Source: an uncultured delta proteobacterium (GTDB lineage: Bacteria > Myxococcota_A > Polyangia > Palsa-1104). Taken from it: a stretch of DNA of 64,000 nucleotides. Positions 56,180 through 64,000 of this stretch are shown here, piece by piece. The stretch covers positions 64,001 through 128,000 of the forward strand of contig CAWAWS010000018.1 in assembly GCA_963785725.1 (NCBI GenBank). Direction: 5' to 3'. Numbering within the stretch: position 1 is the first letter of the stretch; each line of letters begins with the position of its first letter. The position numbers and the translations under genes were made by a program. The notes under the pieces were generated by a model. That model was given only the letters and a program-made list of their open reading frames with translations, did not search any database and was not told where the DNA came from.

Positions 56180-57826
56180 CCAGACAGGATGCCGGAGACG
56201 ATGAACGACGAGGCGGAACAGCTCGACGAGACGGCCGCGACCCGCGACGCGACGAGCCTGCCGATGGACCGCGACTCCGGCACGCTGCCCGAGCTCGTGC
56301 GCGCGCAGGCCGCGCGCCACGGCGATCGCGTCGCCATCCGCGACGGCGCCACCGACGTCACCTTCGCCGCGCTCGCCGCCGCCGTCGACGAGTGCGCGCG
56401 CGCCTGGATGGCGCTCGGCATCGCGCGCGGCGATCGCGTGGCCGTGTGGGCGCCCAACAGCGCGCGCTGGCAGGTCGCCGCGCTCGGCGCGCAGGCCGCC
56501 GGCGCCATCTTGGTGCCGCTCAACACCCGCTGGAAAGGCCGCGAAGTCGCCGAAGTCTTGGTGCGCGCAGGCGTTCGCGCGCTCGTCACCGTCAACGGCT
56601 TCCTCGGCCTCGATTATGTCGCCATGCTGCGCAGCTGCGACGTGCCGACGCCAATGCTGACGCATATCATCATTGCCGAGGGCGCGGCTCCGGCCGGTAC
56701 GCTCGACTGGCCGGCGTTCCTGGCCGGCGCCGGCCGCGTCGCGGCCGCCGCGGCGGATGCGCGCAGCCGCGCGGTCACGAGCGACGACCTGTCCGACCTC
56801 ATCTTCACTGCCGGCACCACCGGGCAGTCCAAAGGCGTCGCCTGCACGCACGGCCAGAGCCTGCGCGTCTTCCGCACGTGGAGCGAGGTGGTCGGCCTAC
56901 GCGCGAGCGATCGCTACTTGGTCGTCAATCCCTACTTCCACACGTTCGGCTACAAGGCCGGCTGGCTCGCCTGCTTGTTGACGGGCGCGACCTGTCTGCC
57001 GCATCCGGTGTTCGACGTGCCGTCGCTCTTGGCGCGCATCGCCGCCGAGCGCGTCACCGTCCTGCCGGGGCCGCCGACGCTGTATCAGTCGATTCTGCAC
57101 GCGCCCGATCGCGCCCGCTACGATCTGTCGAGCCTGCGGCTGGCCGTGACCGGCGCGGCGTCGGTGCCGGTCGAGCTCATCCGCCGCATGCGCGACGAGC
57201 TGACCTTCGGCACCGTCCTCACCGCCTACGGCCTCACGGAATCGACGGGCACGGTGACGATGTGCCGCCGCGACGACGACGTCGAGACCATCGCCAACAC
57301 CTCCGGCCGCGCCATCCCCGGCGTCGAGGTGCGCATCGACGAGGCCGCCGGCGGCGAAGTGCTGGTGCGCGGCTACAACGTCATGCGCGGCTACTGGGAA
57401 GACGACGCCGCCACGCGCGCCGCCATCGACGCCGACGGCTGGCTGCGTACGGGCGACGTCGGCATCTTGGACGCGCGCGGCAACTTACGCATCACCGATC
57501 GCATCAAGGACATGTTCATCGTCGGTGGCTTCAACGTCTACCCGGCCGAGGTCGAGAACGTCCTGTTGCGCCATGAAGCGATCGCCCAAGCCGCCGTCGT
57601 CGGCGCGCCCGACGAGCGCCTCGGCGAAGTCGGCTGCGCCTTCGTCGTCCTCAGGCCGAACACGAAGGCGACCGCCGACGAGCTCGCCGGCTGGGCGCGC
57701 GAGCAGATGGCGCACTACAAAGCGCCGCGCCGCGTGCACGTCGTCGACGCGCTGCCGCTCAACGCGGTCGGCAAAGTCCTGAAGTATCAGCTGCGCGAAA
57801 TCGCCCGTCAGACTTCGCAGTCGTAA
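56150..57826 (+). CDS. fadD3: HIP-CoA ligase (FadD3/ScdA-like acyl-CoA synthetase); exact start uncertain
   Basis: FTAGTTGQSKG, DRYLVVNPYFHTFGYKAGWLACL, TAYGLTE, DGWLRTGD and GGFNVYPAEVE. Confidence 0.87.
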   Translation: MTADMTADMTPDRMPETMNDEAEQLDETAATRDATSLPMDRDSGTLPELVRAQAARHGDRVAIRDGATDVTFAALAAAVDECARAWMALGIARGDRVAVWAPNSARWQVAALGAQAAGAILVPLNTRWKGREVAEVLVRAGVRALVTVNGFLGLDYVAMLRSCDVPTPMLTHIIIAEGAAPAGTLDWPAFLAGAGRVAAAAADARSRAVTSDDLSDLIFTAGTTGQSKGVACTHGQSLRVFRTWSEVVGLRASDRYLVVNPYFHTFGYKAGWLACLLTGATCLPHPVFDVPSLLARIAAERVTVLPGPPTLYQSILHAPDRARYDLSSLRLAVTGAASVPVELIRRMRDELTFGTVLTAYGLTESTGTVTMCRRDDDVETIANTSGRAIPGVEVRIDEAAGGEVLVRGYNVMRGYWEDDAATRAAIDADGWLRTGDVGILDARGNLRITDRIKDMFIVGGFNVYPAEVENVLLRHEAIAQAAVVGAPDERLGEVGCAFVVLRPNTKATADELAGWAREQMAHYKAPRRVHVVDALPLNAVGKVLKYQLREIARQTSQS

Positions 57827-57882
57827 GATCATCGCATGGGCGAGCTGAGGCTTGGAGGCGCTGCTTCCGCCTTCCGGGACGG

Positions 57883-58809
57883 CTAGCTGCCGTAGACTTT
57901 TTCGGCGGGCTTGGCTTCGGCGATGAGGCGACGGACGGCGTCGCCGACTTCGGTCGCCTCCCAGCGCGCACCTTTGTCGACGTGCGGACCGACGCGCCAG
58001 CCGTCGGCGAGCGAGACGAGGCCGCCTTGCACCTCGAAGACGCGCCCGCTGACGTCGCGCGCCTCGGCCGAGGCCAGCCAGGCGACGAGCGGCGCGACGT
58101 TGCTCGGGTCCATCGCGTCGAAGCCGGCTTCCGGTCGCTTCATCATGTCGGCGAACGTCGCTTCGGTCATGCGCGTGCGTGCCGCGGGGGCGATGGCGTT
58201 GACGGTGACGCCGTAGCGGCGCAGCTCGGCGGCGGCGACGAGCGTCAGCCCGGTGATGCCGGCTTTGGCGGCGGAGTAGGCGCCTTGACCGACCGAGCCG
58301 CGCAAGCCAGCGCCCGACGTGGTGTTGATGACGCGCGCGTCCACCTTTTCGCCGGCTTTGCTGCGCGCGCGCCAGTGGTCGGCGGCGTGGCGCGGCATGC
58401 AGAAGTGGCCCTTCAGGTGCACGCGAACGACGGCGTCCCACTCGTCTTCGCTCGTCGAGACCAGCATGCGATCGCGGACGAAGCCGGCATTGTTGACGAG
58501 GACGTCGAGGCGGCCCCACGTCGTCACGGCGGCGTCGACGAGGCGGCGGCTGCCGGCCCAATCGGCGACGTCGTCGCCGTTGGCGATGGCTTCGCCGCCG
58601 GCGGCACGGATGGCGTCGGCCACTTCGACCGCCAGCGCCGAGGCGCCACCCCCGGCTGAGTTGCCGGCGCCGTCGACGCCGAGGTCATTGACGACGACGC
58701 GCGCGCCCAAGCGCGCCAGCTCCTCGGCGTGCGCGCGACCGATGCCGCGGCCGGCGCCGGTGACGATGCAGACGCGCCCGTCGAGCAAACGCGGTGCCGC
58801 CGTCGTCAT
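57883..58809 (-). CDS. SDR oxidoreductase, Rv3548c-like (steroid C/D-ring cluster)
   Basis: TGAGRGIGRAHA, VVVNDLG, NNAGFVRDRM, VHLKGHF and YSAAKAGI; TAATG-coupled to the thiolase. Confidence 0.87.
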   Translation of the reverse strand: MTTAAPRLLDGRVCIVTGAGRGIGRAHAEELARLGARVVVNDLGVDGAGNSAGGGASALAVEVADAIRAAGGEAIANGDDVADWAGSRRLVDAAVTTWGRLDVLVNNAGFVRDRMLVSTSEDEWDAVVRVHLKGHFCMPRHAADHWRARSKAGEKVDARVINTTSGAGLRGSVGQGAYSAAKAGITGLTLVAAAELRRYGVTVNAIAPAARTRMTEATFADMMKRPEAGFDAMDPSNVAPLVAWLASAEARDVSGRVFEVQGGLVSLADGWRVGPHVDKGARWEATEVGDAVRRLIAEAKPAEKVYGS

Positions 58810-59961
58810 TACAGGCGCTCGATGATGGTGACGTTGGCCTGCCCGCCGCCTTCGCACATCGTCTGCAAGCCGTAGCGGCCGCCCGTGCGCTCCAGCTCAC
58901 CGAGCAGCGACGTCATCAAGCGCGCGCCGGTGGCGCCGAGCGGATGGCCGAGCGCGATGGCGCCGCCGTTGACGTTGACGCGCTCGGGATCGGCGCCCAA
59001 TTCCTTCTGCCACGCCAGAACCACCGACGCGAAGGCCTCGTTGATCTCGACCAGGTCGATGTCGTCCAACGTCAAACCAGTCTTCTTGAGCGCCCACTGC
59101 GTCGCCGGCATCGGCGCCGTCAGCATCCAGACCGGGTCGGCGCCACGCACGCTCAGGTGGTGAATGCGCGCGCGCGGCTTCAAGTTGTGCTCTTTGACCG
59201 CGCGCTCGTAGGCGATGAGCAGCGCCGCCGCACCGTCGGAGATTTGGCTCGACAGGGCGGCCGTGATGCGACCGCCTTCGGCCAGCGTCTTCAGCGTCGC
59301 CATCTTCTCCAGCGTCGAGTCGCGGCGCGGCCCTTCGTCGAAGTCGAGGCCGTTGAGCGGGGCGATCTCGCGCGCGAAGCGCTTCTCGTCGCCGGCGCGG
59401 ATCGCGCGCCGATGGCTCTCGAAGGCGAACTTCTCCATGTCGAGCCGCGACAAGTTCCACTTCTCGGCGATCATTTCCGCGGAGCGGAACTGCGAGATCG
59501 GCGTGTCGCCATAGCGCGCGACCCAGCCCTTCGACGACGAGAACGGGTCGCGAAAGCCGAGCGAATCGCCGACGCGCCACGACGTGCCGATGGGGATGGC
59601 GCTCATGTTCTGCAAGCCGCCGGCGATGACCATGTCGCTGCGTGCCGCTCATGACCGCCTGCGCCGCGAAGTGCACCGCCTGCTGCGACGAGCCGCACTG
59701 CCGATCGAGCGTCACGCCGGGCACGGTGTCGGGCAGCCCGGCCGCCAGCCACGCCGTGCGCGCCACGTCACCGGCTTGCGGGCCGATCATGTCGACGCAG
59801 CCCATGACGACATCCTCGACGGCGGCGGGATCGATCCCGGTGCGCGTCACCAGCGCCGCGAGGACGTGCGCGCCGAGGTCGGCGGGGTGAACGGTCGCCA
59901 ACGTGCCGCCCTTCTTGCCGACGGGCGTGCGCACGGCATCGATGATGAACGCTTCACTCAT
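58809..59961 (-). CDS. fadA6: Acetyl-CoA C-acyltransferase (thiolase), FadA6-like; +1 frameshift near 59640
   Basis: DAVRTPVG, HPADLGAH and DRQCGSSQQAVHFAAQAVMSG in one frame; NEAFA, GHPLGATG and CEGGG in the next. Confidence 0.87.
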
Positions 59962-61013
59962 GTACTGTCTCCGTCGGTAGGTTGGGCGTCGAGATAGTGG
60001 GCGGCGACCCGGGCACGCTGGCTGGGCGCGTCGCCCCAAGCCGCGGCCAGCGCCCAGGTGCGCTTCAGGTACAGGTGCAGGTCGTGCTCGAAGCTGTAGC
60101 CGATGGCGCCGTGGCACTGCAGCGCCGCGCGGCCGGCGCGCTCGGCGGCGTCGGACGCGGCCGCCTTGGCCATGGCGACGGCGACGGCGCGCTCGGACGC
60201 GACCTCGTGGCGCGCCAGCGCGTAGGCGGCGTGATAGACGAGCGGGCGCGCCAGCTCGAGCGCCACCAGCGCGTCGGCGAGCTGGTGCTTCACCGCTTGA
60301 AAGCTGCCCACCGCTTGACCGAACTGGCGCCGCACTTTGACGTACTCGACGGTCAAGTCGAGCATGCGCGCGCCCAAGCCGAGGAGCTGCGCGGCCGCCG
60401 CGAGCGCGCCGCGATCGGCGGCGTCGGCGAACACCTCCACGGCATCGGCCGTCAAAACCGTCGCCGCTCGCGGCGTCCACTCGACGGCGAAGAGGCGGCG
60501 CGCGCCGTCGACCGACTGACGCGGCGACAGGCGCGCGCGCTCGCGGGGCAGGGCGTGCAAGGCGTCGCCGTCACGCAGCAGCAAGAGGTCGGCGACATGC
60601 GCATCCGCGACGAGCGGCGCGTCTTTGGCGCCGCCGGTCTGAGGCGCGACCGACACGGTGACGATGGCGGTGCCGTCGGCGATGCGCAAAAGCCAGTCGC
60701 TCGTCGGCGCCACGGCGGCCAAGAGCGGCGCGCCCACGGCCGTCGTCTCCAGCAGCGGCTCCGGCAAGGCCGCGCGGCCGGCCTCTTGGAGCGGCAACAC
60801 CCAGTCGAGCGCGTCGCCGCCGAGGCCGCCGTGCTCGGGCGGCACCGTCAGCCCGACGACGCCGACGTCGGCCAGCTGCTTCCAGCGCGCCGGCGAGCGT
60901 CCGCTGTCGCTGGCCCAGGCGCTGCGCACCTCCGACGGCGGGCAGGCGCGCGCCAAGAGCTCGCGCATCGTGCGCTGAAACTGCCGCTGCTCGGCGGAGA
61001 AGGCGAAGCGCAC
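59958..61013 (-). CDS. Acyl-CoA dehydrogenase, FadE32-like
   Basis: VRFAFSAEQ, RRQFGQAVGSFQAVKHQLAD and LQCHGAIGYSFEHDLHL...AWG. Confidence 0.88.
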   Translation of the reverse strand: MRFAFSAEQRQFQRTMRELLARACPPSEVRSAWASDSGRSPARWKQLADVGVVGLTVPPEHGGLGGDALDWVLPLQEAGRAALPEPLLETTAVGAPLLAAVAPTSDWLLRIADGTAIVTVSVAPQTGGAKDAPLVADAHVADLLLLRDGDALHALPRERARLSPRQSVDGARRLFAVEWTPRAATVLTADAVEVFADAADRGALAAAAQLLGLGARMLDLTVEYVKVRRQFGQAVGSFQAVKHQLADALVALELARPLVYHAAYALARHEVASERAVAVAMAKAAASDAAERAGRAALQCHGAIGYSFEHDLHLYLKRTWALAAAWGDAPSQRARVAAHYLDAQPTDGDST

Positions 61014-61014
61014 G

Positions 61015-62175
61015 TCAGCGCCTCGGCAGCCCGAGCACGCGCTCGGCCACGACATTGCGTTGAATCTCGTTGGTCCCCGCGTAGATCGGACCGGCGAGCG
61101 CGAACTGGAAGCCTTTGAGCCACGCCGACTCGTCGCCGTCGGTCAGCTCGCCGAGCGGCCCCAAGATCGACAGCGCCGTCTCGTGCAGCTGCACGTCGAG
61201 CTCGCTCCAAAAGATCTTGTTGATGCTGGCTTCGGGCCCGATCGGCTGGCCATCCTCGACCCGCGCCACCATCTGCAACGTGTAGAGCCGGTAGGCCTCG
61301 GCGTCGCTGACGGCGCGGGCGACGGCGTCGCGCTGCAACGTCGTGCCGCCGCCGTGGCGACGGCACAGCTCGACGAGGCGTTGGGCGGCGGCGAGGAAGC
61401 GGCCCGGGCTGCGCAAGTTGAGGCCGCGCTCGGAGCCGGCGGTGGCCATGGCGACGTCCCAGCCTTTGTGCGGCTCGCCCAAGACGTCGCGATCGGAGAC
61501 GAAGACGTCGTCGAGGAAGACCTCGGCGAAGCCGGGCTCGCCGTCGAGCCGCTGCACCGGCCGCACGGTCACGCCTTCGGCGCGCAGCGGCACGAGGAAG
61601 TAGGTGAGGCCGCGGTGGCGCTCGGCGGTCGGGTCGCTGCGGAAGAGGCCGAACAGCCAGTCGCAGAAGGCGCCGCGCGAGCACCACGTCTTTTGGCCGC
61701 TGAGCCGCCAGCCGCCGCGCTTGTCGTCGCGCACGGCGCGGCTCGTCAGCGCCGCCAAGTCGCTGCCGGCGTTGGGCTCGGACCAGCCCTGCGCCCACAC
61801 GTCGTCGACGGCGGCCATGCGGCGCAAGATGCGCGCGCGCTGCTCGTCGGTGCCGAACTCGAACAGCGTCGGCGCCAGCAGCGAGATGCCGTTTTGGCTG
61901 ATGCGCTGCGGGGCGCCGGCGCGGAAATATTCCTCTTCGAAGAGCAGCCACTCGATGATCGACGCCTGCCGGCCGCCGTATTCGCGCGGCCAGGTGACGA
62001 CCGACCAGCCGGCCTCGAACAGCTGCCGCTCCCACGCGCGACAACGGGCGAAGCCCTCGGGCGTGTCACCCGACGGCTGCGGGCCGCCGGCCAAGAAGTG
62101 GGGCACGTGCGTCGCCAGCCACGCGCGCGCCTCGTCGACGAACGCGCGCTCCGTGTGCGACAGCTCGAGATCCAT
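61015..62175 (-). CDS. Acyl-CoA dehydrogenase, FadE31-like
   Basis: FEEEYFRAGAP, WAQGWSEPNAGSDLA and AGPIYAGTNEIQRNVVAERVLGLP. Confidence 0.9.
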   Translation of the reverse strand: MDLELSHTERAFVDEARAWLATHVPHFLAGGPQPSGDTPEGFARCRAWERQLFEAGWSVVTWPREYGGRQASIIEWLLFEEEYFRAGAPQRISQNGISLLAPTLFEFGTDEQRARILRRMAAVDDVWAQGWSEPNAGSDLAALTSRAVRDDKRGGWRLSGQKTWCSRGAFCDWLFGLFRSDPTAERHRGLTYFLVPLRAEGVTVRPVQRLDGEPGFAEVFLDDVFVSDRDVLGEPHKGWDVAMATAGSERGLNLRSPGRFLAAAQRLVELCRRHGGGTTLQRDAVARAVSDAEAYRLYTLQMVARVEDGQPIGPEASINKIFWSELDVQLHETALSILGPLGELTDGDESAWLKGFQFALAGPIYAGTNEIQRNVVAERVLGLPRR

Positions 62176-62202
62176 GCCGCCGTGATCGGTGACGACCGAC
62201 AA

Positions 62203-63061
62203 TTACTTGTCCTTCATCGACTTCGGATTTTGCCCCGCCAAATAATCGGGTGACGTCAGCGCGTTGTGCGCGTGCGCCAGCTGATGGAGAGCATAGGTCG
62301 CGTCGATCGATTCGCGCAGGCCCTGGCGATCTTCGGCCATGTTGACGGCCTGCTTGGCCAGCGCCAGCGCGAAGCGCGGCATCTCGCCGATGCGCCGCGC
62401 CATCGCCGCCACTTCGCCGTCGAGCTGCGCGCGCGGCACGACGCGGTTGACCATCCCCAGCGCCAACGCCCGCGCGGCGTCGAGGCGCTCGCCGGTGAAC
62501 AGCAGCTCTTTGGCGATGCGCGGGTTGAGCATGAACGGATGGGCGAAGTATTCGACGCCGGGAATGCCCATCTTCAAGACCGGATCGCTGAAGAAGGCGT
62601 CGTCGGCGGCGACGATGAGGTCGCACGACCAAGCGAGCGCCAGGCCGCCGGCGATGCAGGCGCCTTGCACCATGGCGATCGTCGGCTTCGGCAGCTCGCG
62701 CCAGCGGCGGCACATGCCGAGGTAGACCTCTTGCTCGCGCGCGTACAGAGTTCTCGGCGCCGCCCTTGTCGGAGTGGTCCCACCAGGTCGTGGCGACGCG
62801 CGCAAAGGGCTTGGTGACGTCGCGGCCGGGCGTGCCGATGTCGTGGCCGGCCGAAAAATGCGGGCCGGCGCCGGCGAGCACGATGACGGCGACGTCGTTG
62901 TCGGCGATGGCGCGCGCGAACGCGGCGTCGAGCGCGTAGGTCATGCGCACGTTCTGCGCGTTGCGATAGGTCGGCCGATTCATCGTCACGAACGCCGCGC
63001 GCTCGCGCTTCTCGTAGAGGACGACGTCCGCCTCTTCGACGGCCGGCGGCGTGTCGCTCAT
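62203..63061 (-). CDS. Enoyl-CoA hydratase, EchA13-like; +1 frameshift near 62750
   Basis: NRPTYRNAQN and FSAGHDIGTPGRD, then YLGMCRRWRELPKP, CIAGGL and MGIPGVEYFAHP in the +1 frame. Confidence 0.87.
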
Positions 63062-64000
63062 GACGCCACGCGCGGCGCTTCGGCGCGCACGGTCAAGGCG
63101 CGCAGCACGCCTTCCGCTTCGTCGATGATGCGCGCGATCAGATCGGCCACCGGCGGCAGCTCGTCGATGAGCCCGACGTTTTGGCCGGTCGGCAGGATGC
63201 CGACCTCGGGCTTGCCGTCGACGAGCGCGGCCTTCGTCAGCATCGGCGCCGCCGCCGCCATCGCCGTCTGCCCGAACGTGAGCCCGCTCGATTTGCGCAT
63301 GGCCCAGCCTTCGCGGACGAGCGCCAGGAACGACTCGCCGGTGAGCTTGCGGAAATGAAAGGCGTGCGACAAGGCGCGCCACATACGCGAAAACGTGCCC
63401 GCGCGCTCGAGGCTGCCGATGAAGTCGGTGACGATGACGCGCTGAGGAACGCCGTCGATGCTCTTGGTGACGACGGTGCCGGTCAACTCGGTGGCGAGGT
63501 ACAGCTTCTTGATCGCGTCGGGGACGGTGCTCTCGCGCGTCAACAAAAAGCGCGTGCCCATGGCGATGCCGCTGGCGCCGAACGCGAGCGCGGCGACGAG
63601 GCCGCGGCCGTCGCAGAAGCCGCCGGCGCCGAGGACGGGAATGCCGACGGCGTCGACGACGCTGGGCAAGAGCAGCGTCGTCGGAATCGGACCGGTGTGA
63701 CCGCCGCCTTCGTGGCCTTGGGCGATGACGGCGTCGACGCCCCAGCCGGCCACTTTCTCGGCGTGACGCTTCTGGCCGACCGTCGGCATCGTCAGCACGC
63801 CGCCGTCTTTGAGGCGCGCGATGAGATCCTTGCTCGGCGCTTGCGCGAAGCTGGCGACTTTGACGCGCTCCGCGATCAAGAGCTGCACGCGCTCACCGAT
63901 GTCGGCTTGATCCGTGCGCAAATTGACGCCGAAGGGGCTCGACGTGCGCGACTTGACCTCGGCGACGGCGGCGCGCAGCTGCGGCAGCGTCATCGTCGCC
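63058..64000 (-). CDS. ipdC: Nitronate-monooxygenase-family flavoprotein, IpdC-like (5' end beyond the window)
   Basis: PFGVNLRTD, VKVASFA, QGHEGGGHTG, AGGFCDGRGL and MGTRFLLT; C/D-ring gene context. Confidence 0.82.
   Translation of the reverse strand, partial: ATMTLPQLRAAVAEVKSRTSSPFGVNLRTDQADIGERVQLLIAERVKVASFAQAPSKDLIARLKDGGVLTMPTVGQKRHAEKVAGWGVDAVIAQGHEGGGHTGPIPTTLLLPSVVDAVGIPVLGAGGFCDGRGLVAALAFGASGIAMGTRFLLTRESTVPDAIKKLYLATELTGTVVTKSIDGVPQRVIVTDFIGSLERAGTFSRMWRALSHAFHFRKLTGESFLALVREGWAMRKSSGLTFGQTAMAAAAPMLTKAALVDGKPEVGILPTGQNVGLIDELPPVADLIARIIDEAEGVLRALTVRAEAPRVAS

Noticed and set aside
57883..58809. Calling this SDR ipdF
   Set aside because: Its length and VVVNDLG/VHLKGHF motifs fit the Rv3548c-type SDR better, so no symbol was assigned.
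36810..64000. Steroid cluster as a recently acquired genomic island
   Set aside because: No integrase, tRNA, boundary repeats or evident overall composition shift in the window.

Overview
A very GC-rich bacterial window. The gene repertoire (TPAT-type TRAP transporter, paired DUF3857/transglutaminase proteins, sigma-54 activator, Hanks-type kinase, Cys/Gly-rich lipoproteins) looks like a diderm Myxococcota-like organism; this is an inference, not a marker-gene assignment. Positions 1-36.7 kb hold signalling, envelope and housekeeping genes (ispA, UbiA-family, tatT-dctPQM, rnj, gpsA, two-component and c-di-GMP genes). Positions 36.8-64 kb are an aerobic 9,10-seco steroid degradation cluster: kstD plus a probable Delta4-dehydrogenase, SDR, echA19-like, kshA, hsaACDEGF, acyl-CoA dehydrogenases, fadD3, fadA6, fadE31/32-like, echA13-like and ipdC. 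The main hidden signal is eight 14-bp palindromes matching the actinobacterial KstR operator (TnnAACnnGTTnnA). They occur as four pairs, each bracketing a TTG -35-like element. Three pairs head steroid operons; the fourth heads an uncharacterised Gly-rich beta-helix lipoprotein gene outside the catabolic block. Other oddities are a PcfJ-domain gene between kshA and hsaA flanked by 284-bp direct repeats, four intergenic gaps bridged by mini-ORFs overlapping both neighbours by 4 nt, and a structured intergenic RNA candidate. Six +1 frameshifts are most likely sequencing errors. No rRNA, tRNA, CRISPR array, integrase or transposase was seen.
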